The notes beneath the pieces were generated by a model. It worked only from the letters and a program-made list of their open reading frames with translations, was not told the origin of the DNA and made no database searches. The position numbers and the translations under genes are program-made. A stretch of DNA of 39,954 nucleotides from Pseudomonadota bacterium (GTDB lineage Bacteria; Pseudomonadota; Gammaproteobacteria; Burkholderiales; JALYOK01), in NCBI GenBank assembly GCA_031380185.1, contig JANNFT010000418.1, forward strand, positions 1 through 39,954. Reading direction: 5' to 3'. Below are positions 36,418 to 39,954 of the stretch, in pieces. The stretch's first letter is position 1. Each line of letters starts with the position of its first letter.

Positions 36418-36446
36418 GTGACTGTCGGGATCGCATCGCTTGGAAG

Positions 36447-37610
36447 CTATTTTTGCGGGTAGCCTAACGTCCCGAGAATAAAGCGCGCCGAACCGTAAGC
36501 AAGCCATGCCTCGAAGCGTTCCAAAAATGGCCGTTGTTTCCATTCGCTTAACTCGACCGGCACGGCGCCGTCATGAATCGCGGCCAGGAGGCTGTGGCGT
36601 AACTGGGCGCAAAAATTCGCATCGCGAACGATGACATTGGCTTCGCGTGACAACATAAAACTAAACGGATCAATATTGCTCGAGCCAACCGTCGCCCAAT
36701 CGTCATCGATGACGGCTACTTTGGCGTGCATAAAGCTCTTGTGATATTCGATGATCTCGACGCCGCCGGCAAGCAACGAACCGTACAGCGCGCGCGTGGC
36801 GTGATGCAGCCAGCGATATTCGACTTTTCCTTGTAGCAACAATCTCACTTTAACGCCGCGTGCCGCGGCGGTAACGAGGGCGCGGCGGAAACGCAGTCCG
36901 GGGAAAAAGTAAGCATTCGCGACGATGATTTCGTGTTGCGCGTTCTCGATCGCGTCGAGGTAGGCTTCTTCGATATCGTCGCGATGTCGCAGGTTATCGC
37001 GAATTACCAGGGCGGCCAAAAGCGCGCCGCGCGGCGGCGCCGGCGGGACGCTGGGAAACATGCCGCGCATGCGGGTGCGCACGCGAGTCCACGACAGCAT
37101 TAACCACAGCCGATGCACCACCGGCCGAACCTCTTGCAGCAGCGGGCCACTAAGTTTCACTGCGTAGTCGTAACGCGGCGGCGTATGGTGGGGCGTATTA
37201 ACGTCGTCGATGATATTGATGCCGCCGACGAAAGCGGTGTGGCCGTCGATCATCGCGATTTTGCGATGCATGCGGCGTAGACGATAACGCCGAAGACTGA
37301 AACGGAATGCCTCGGTTCGGTAGATGAATACCTCAACTCCACTTTTCAGTAGCTCATCCGCCATTTCCGGCGGGAACAAATCCCGGCTGCCGAAACCGTC
37401 GATAACAATGCGCACGACAACGTTTCGCTGCGCCGCGCGGCGCAATGCCGCGGCGATGCGCTGGCCTGCGCTATCATCGGCAAAGATGTAGGTCTCGAGA
37501 TGAACTTCCGTTTGCGCAGCGTCGATCGCGGCTTCCAACGCCGGAAAAAAGTCTGCACCATTTTTTAGCAGGGTAATCGAGTTACCTGCGACGTAGCGTG
37601 GCGTGGCCAA
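36447..37610 (-). CDS. clsB: cardiolipin synthase ClsB-type (two HKD motifs)
   Basis: HRKIAMIDGHTAFVGGINI and HAKVAVIDDDWATVGSSNID. There is no N-terminal TM segment. TTG start 6 nt after the upstream stop. Confidence 0.88.
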   Translation of the reverse strand: MATPRYVAGNSITLLKNGADFFPALEAAIDAAQTEVHLETYIFADDSAGQRIAAALRRAAQRNVVVRIVIDGFGSRDLFPPEMADELLKSGVEVFIYRTEAFRFSLRRYRLRRMHRKIAMIDGHTAFVGGINIIDDVNTPHHTPPRYDYAVKLSGPLLQEVRPVVHRLWLMLSWTRVRTRMRGMFPSVPPAPPRGALLAALVIRDNLRHRDDIEEAYLDAIENAQHEIIVANAYFFPGLRFRRALVTAAARGVKVRLLLQGKVEYRWLHHATRALYGSLLAGGVEIIEYHKSFMHAKVAVIDDDWATVGSSNIDPFSFMLSREANVIVRDANFCAQLRHSLLAAIHDGAVPVELSEWKQRPFLERFEAWLAYGSARFILGTLGYPQK

Positions 37611-37616
37611 GACGTC

Positions 37617-38366
37617 CTAAGGTCGACTGACGTGAGCCGACAATGCCGCATGGTCGGACAATCTCGACCAGGCTTTTCCATGCATCAGGCGCGCGCTTTT
37701 TACGCGCAGGCCACGCACATAAATTCGATCCAAACTGAATAGCGGCAATCCGGCAGGAAAGCTGCGCGCGGGCCGGCCGCGCGTCGCTTCGAAGACTTCG
37801 TGAACGTCAAGACGATTGCGCAGTAAATTGCTGAGTTGCTCGCGCCAATCGTTGAAATCGCCGGCGATCACCAGCGGCGCGTCGTGTGGCACCATGCGAT
37901 CGATGCGATCACACAGCGCGCGCGCCTGTTGCGCGCGCCAGCGCGAAAACAAACCCAAATGTACGCAGACGCAATGTAGACGCCGGTCCCAGCCGGGCAC
38001 GTCCAATTCGCAATGCAATAACCCGCGCCGTTCTAACGGATGGGCAGACACATCTTCGTTTTCCCAACTGACAATGGGAAAACGGCTCAAAATCGCATTG
38101 CCGTGATGACCTTCCTCATACACAGCGTTTTTTCCGTAGGCGAAATCGCCCCACACCGAATCAGCGAGGAACTCATGCTGCGGCGCGGTCCATAGCGTAT
38201 GGTTCAATCCGTGGGTTTCGTTCGAGCCTTGCACCTCTTGCAGAAAAATCAGATCGGCATCGAGCATGCGCAAGCGGTCGCGAACGTCATGCAAAATCAT
38301 GCGTCGATTGAAATTCGAAAATCCCTTGTGGATATTGTAAGTTGCGATGCGTAAGGTTTCGATCAT
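37617..38366 (-). CDS. endonuclease/exonuclease/phosphatase family protein (YbhP-like)
   Basis: YNIHKG, LQEV, GDFND and SDH motifs. Adjacent to clsB, as in the E. coli ybhP-clsB arrangement. Confidence 0.85.
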   Translation of the reverse strand: MIETLRIATYNIHKGFSNFNRRMILHDVRDRLRMLDADLIFLQEVQGSNETHGLNHTLWTAPQHEFLADSVWGDFAYGKNAVYEEGHHGNAILSRFPIVSWENEDVSAHPLERRGLLHCELDVPGWDRRLHCVCVHLGLFSRWRAQQARALCDRIDRMVPHDAPLVIAGDFNDWREQLSNLLRNRLDVHEVFEATRGRPARSFPAGLPLFSLDRIYVRGLRVKSARLMHGKAWSRLSDHAALSAHVSRP

Positions 38367-38378
38367 CTCGCTTGTTCT

Positions 38379-38846
38379 TTATTGCGACGATTCATTCGCC
38401 CGGCTGGCAAATTGCGGCAACAACAAAATGGCTTCACGATTGCTCCACGAAAACACTTTTTCGGCCGCCGCCTGCCAGGGCAACCACGCATATTGTAAAT
38501 GTTCGCGCGGCGCAATGGTGATCGGCGTTTGGCGGGGCAAAGTCAGGCCGAATACATGCTCGGTATTGCGCGTGATTCCCGGCGCGTAGCGACGGCGCCA
38601 CACCGGATAAATCTCAAACTCATTTTGTTTCTGCCAATCGATGAGCACGTGGTCAGCGGCGTTGAGCCCGGTTTCTTCCTTCAATTCTCGAATAGCGGTA
38701 TCGCGCAACATTTCGCCCTCGTCGTCTTGGCTGCCGGTGACCGATTGCCAAAATCCCGGCCGGTCGGCGCGTTCCAACAATAACACGTCGAGATCGCGAG
38801 TGTGGATCACGACCAAAACGGAAACCGGAATTTTATAACGGTTCAT
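38379..38846 (-). CDS. nudB: dihydroneopterin triphosphate diphosphatase (Nudix)
   Basis: KIPVSVLVVIH...FWQSVTGS...AIRELKEETG Nudix box, similar to E. coli NudB. Confidence 0.88.
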   Translation of the reverse strand: MNRYKIPVSVLVVIHTRDLDVLLLERADRPGFWQSVTGSQDDEGEMLRDTAIRELKEETGLNAADHVLIDWQKQNEFEIYPVWRRRYAPGITRNTEHVFGLTLPRQTPITIAPREHLQYAWLPWQAAAEKVFSWSNREAILLLPQFASRANESSQ

Positions 38847-39100
38847 TTAGCGCGAATCATTGATTGCTAAGACGCATTGGAAATATTAACGGAGGATTAA
38901 TCGATGATCCCTAAGTCTGCCACTTCCGCAGTAATCTGACCGCCCAGGTAGGATCTTCGTGAGTGTTGTTCGGTGGGTTTCACCTGCTCTACATTGTCAT
39001 TTTATGACTAAGCCACGAGCCGCTCGCGTCTTGCTTCGTGGCGATACATGTCCTGGGAGCCAGTATCCATACGCCATCTGGCATGATGCCATTTTGACTT

Positions 39101-39194
39101 GTCATTGCGAGGAGCGTTCTTTGCGACGAAGCAATCTCGATTTTTTTGGCCTGCAAATACGAGATTGCTGCGTCGCGTAGCTCCTCGCGATGAC
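39101..39194. repeat. 94-nt long-hairpin REP-like element
   Basis: GTCATTGCGAGGAGCG..TGCGACGAAGCAATCTCG, then a loop, then CGAGATTGCTGCGTCGC..GCTCCTCGCGATGAC. Confidence 0.85.
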
Positions 39195-39225
39195 CGGAAC
39201 TAAGACGATTAGGCGCCGCAGGACG

Positions 39226-39954
39226 CTATGCATTCCCTTCCGTTCGCGCCCTCTCCGCCTTCGCGAAATCCAACATCCGGGTAATGCACAGTTGCGCTTT
39301 GCGACTGATTTCCGCGTCGATGTGAATTTCGTTTTTGCCCGTTTCTAACACGGCCGCTAGGTTTATTAGGCCGTTCATCGCCATCCACGGGCAATGGCCG
39401 CAGCTTTGGCAGGTGGCGGCGTGGCCGGCGGTAGGCGCTTCGATGAAAATTTTCTCCGGCATCAATTTTTTCATTTTGTGCAGGATGCCGTTGTCGGTCG
39501 CGACGATGAATTCCATCGCGCCGGAACGTTGCGCCGCTTGGATGATGCCGGTGGTCGAACCGACGGTGTCGGCGAGGCGAATCACATTGTCCGGCGATTC
39601 CGGATGCACCAACACTTTCGCGTTCGGATGTTGCGCCTTCATTTCGGCGAGTTGCTTAGCTTTGAATTCGTTGTGAACCACGCACGAGCCTTGCCACAAC
39701 AACATGTCGGCGCCGGTTTGTTTTTGGATGTATTCGCCGAGGTGTTTGTCCGGGGCGAATAGGATTTTTTTGCCTTGGTCGTGCAAGTGCTTGACGATTT
39801 TTTCCGCAATGCTGGAGGTTACCATCCAATCGGCGCGCGCTTTCACCGCCGCGCTGGTGTTGGCGTACACGACCACGGTACGATCTGGATTCGCGTCGCA
39901 GAAGGCGGCGAATTGATCCGGCGGGCAACCCAAATCGAGCGAGCATTCCGCTTC
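39226..39954 (-). CDS. nadA: quinolinate synthase, C-terminal ~240 codons (5' end lies beyond the window)
   Basis: [28 protein letters not shown] and CxxCxxCPWM ([13 protein letters not shown]). Confidence 0.93.
   Translation of the reverse strand, partial: EAECSLDLGCPPDQFAAFCDANPDRTVVVYANTSAAVKARADWMVTSSIAEKIVKHLHDQGKKILFAPDKHLGEYIQKQTGADMLLWQGSCVVHNEFKAKQLAEMKAQHPNAKVLVHPESPDNVIRLADTVGSTTGIIQAAQRSGAMEFIVATDNGILHKMKKLMPEKIFIEAPTAGHAATCQSCGHCPWMAMNGLINLAAVLETGKNEIHIDAEISRKAQLCITRMLDFAKAERARTEGNA

Noticed and set aside
38904-38939. 11-codon ORF (MIPKSATSAVI) with GGAGG 8 nt upstream, as a possible leader peptide.
   Set aside because: There is no downstream plus-strand gene to regulate, because the next feature is a REP hairpin and then the convergent nadA. 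It is probably fortuitous.
38959-39180. 73-aa plus-strand ORF between nudB and nadA.
   Set aside because: Its C-terminal half is simply the translation of the 94-nt hairpin repeat, and it has no RBS.

Overview
39.95-kb chromosomal window, mid-50s %GC. It most likely comes from a beta- or gammaproteobacterium, judging by synteny: dut-coaBC / radC-rpmB-rpmG, purN-DUF3108-DUF3108-RsmB-like, and nudB-EEP-clsB. I support about 40 protein genes. Layout: (i) 1-8.6 kb holds small general-stress-type genes (GlsB, TspO, PRC-barrel, EF-hand, CsbD, BON and other small hydrophilic proteins), an extended AI-2E transporter and two decayed gene remnants. (ii) 8.7-10 kb is a PQQ-type sugar dehydrogenase lipoprotein. 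(iii) 10.0-11.2 kb has no intact gene and is full of REP-like repeats, a MITE end fragment and gene remnants. (iv) 11.2-12.6 kb is a secreted 7-repeat beta-propeller / Calx-beta protein. (v) 12.8-26.6 kb is housekeeping. (vi) 26.9-31.3 kb has two divergent paralogous hybrid histidine kinases with a degenerate cytidylate-kinase-like gene. (vii) The remainder is ydiJ-like FAD/FeS oxidase, class V aminotransferase, csp, infA, clsB, EEP, nudB and partial nadA. No rRNA, tRNA, CRISPR array, transposase or integrase was seen. I found no complete, clearly novel multi-gene system. The most notable items are: a 238-bp MITE-like insertion with a target duplication in the 5' end of a PLD/Nuc nuclease gene; an orphan terminator/sRNA candidate antisense to a strongly Shine-Dalgarno-driven 34-codon ORF; the sensor-kinase module with a 2 x 28-nt tandem repeat in its divergent promoter region; a duplicated 3' end of the AI-2E gene; and several families of palindromic REP-like elements. 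All homology calls rest on motif recognition by eye, not on searches.
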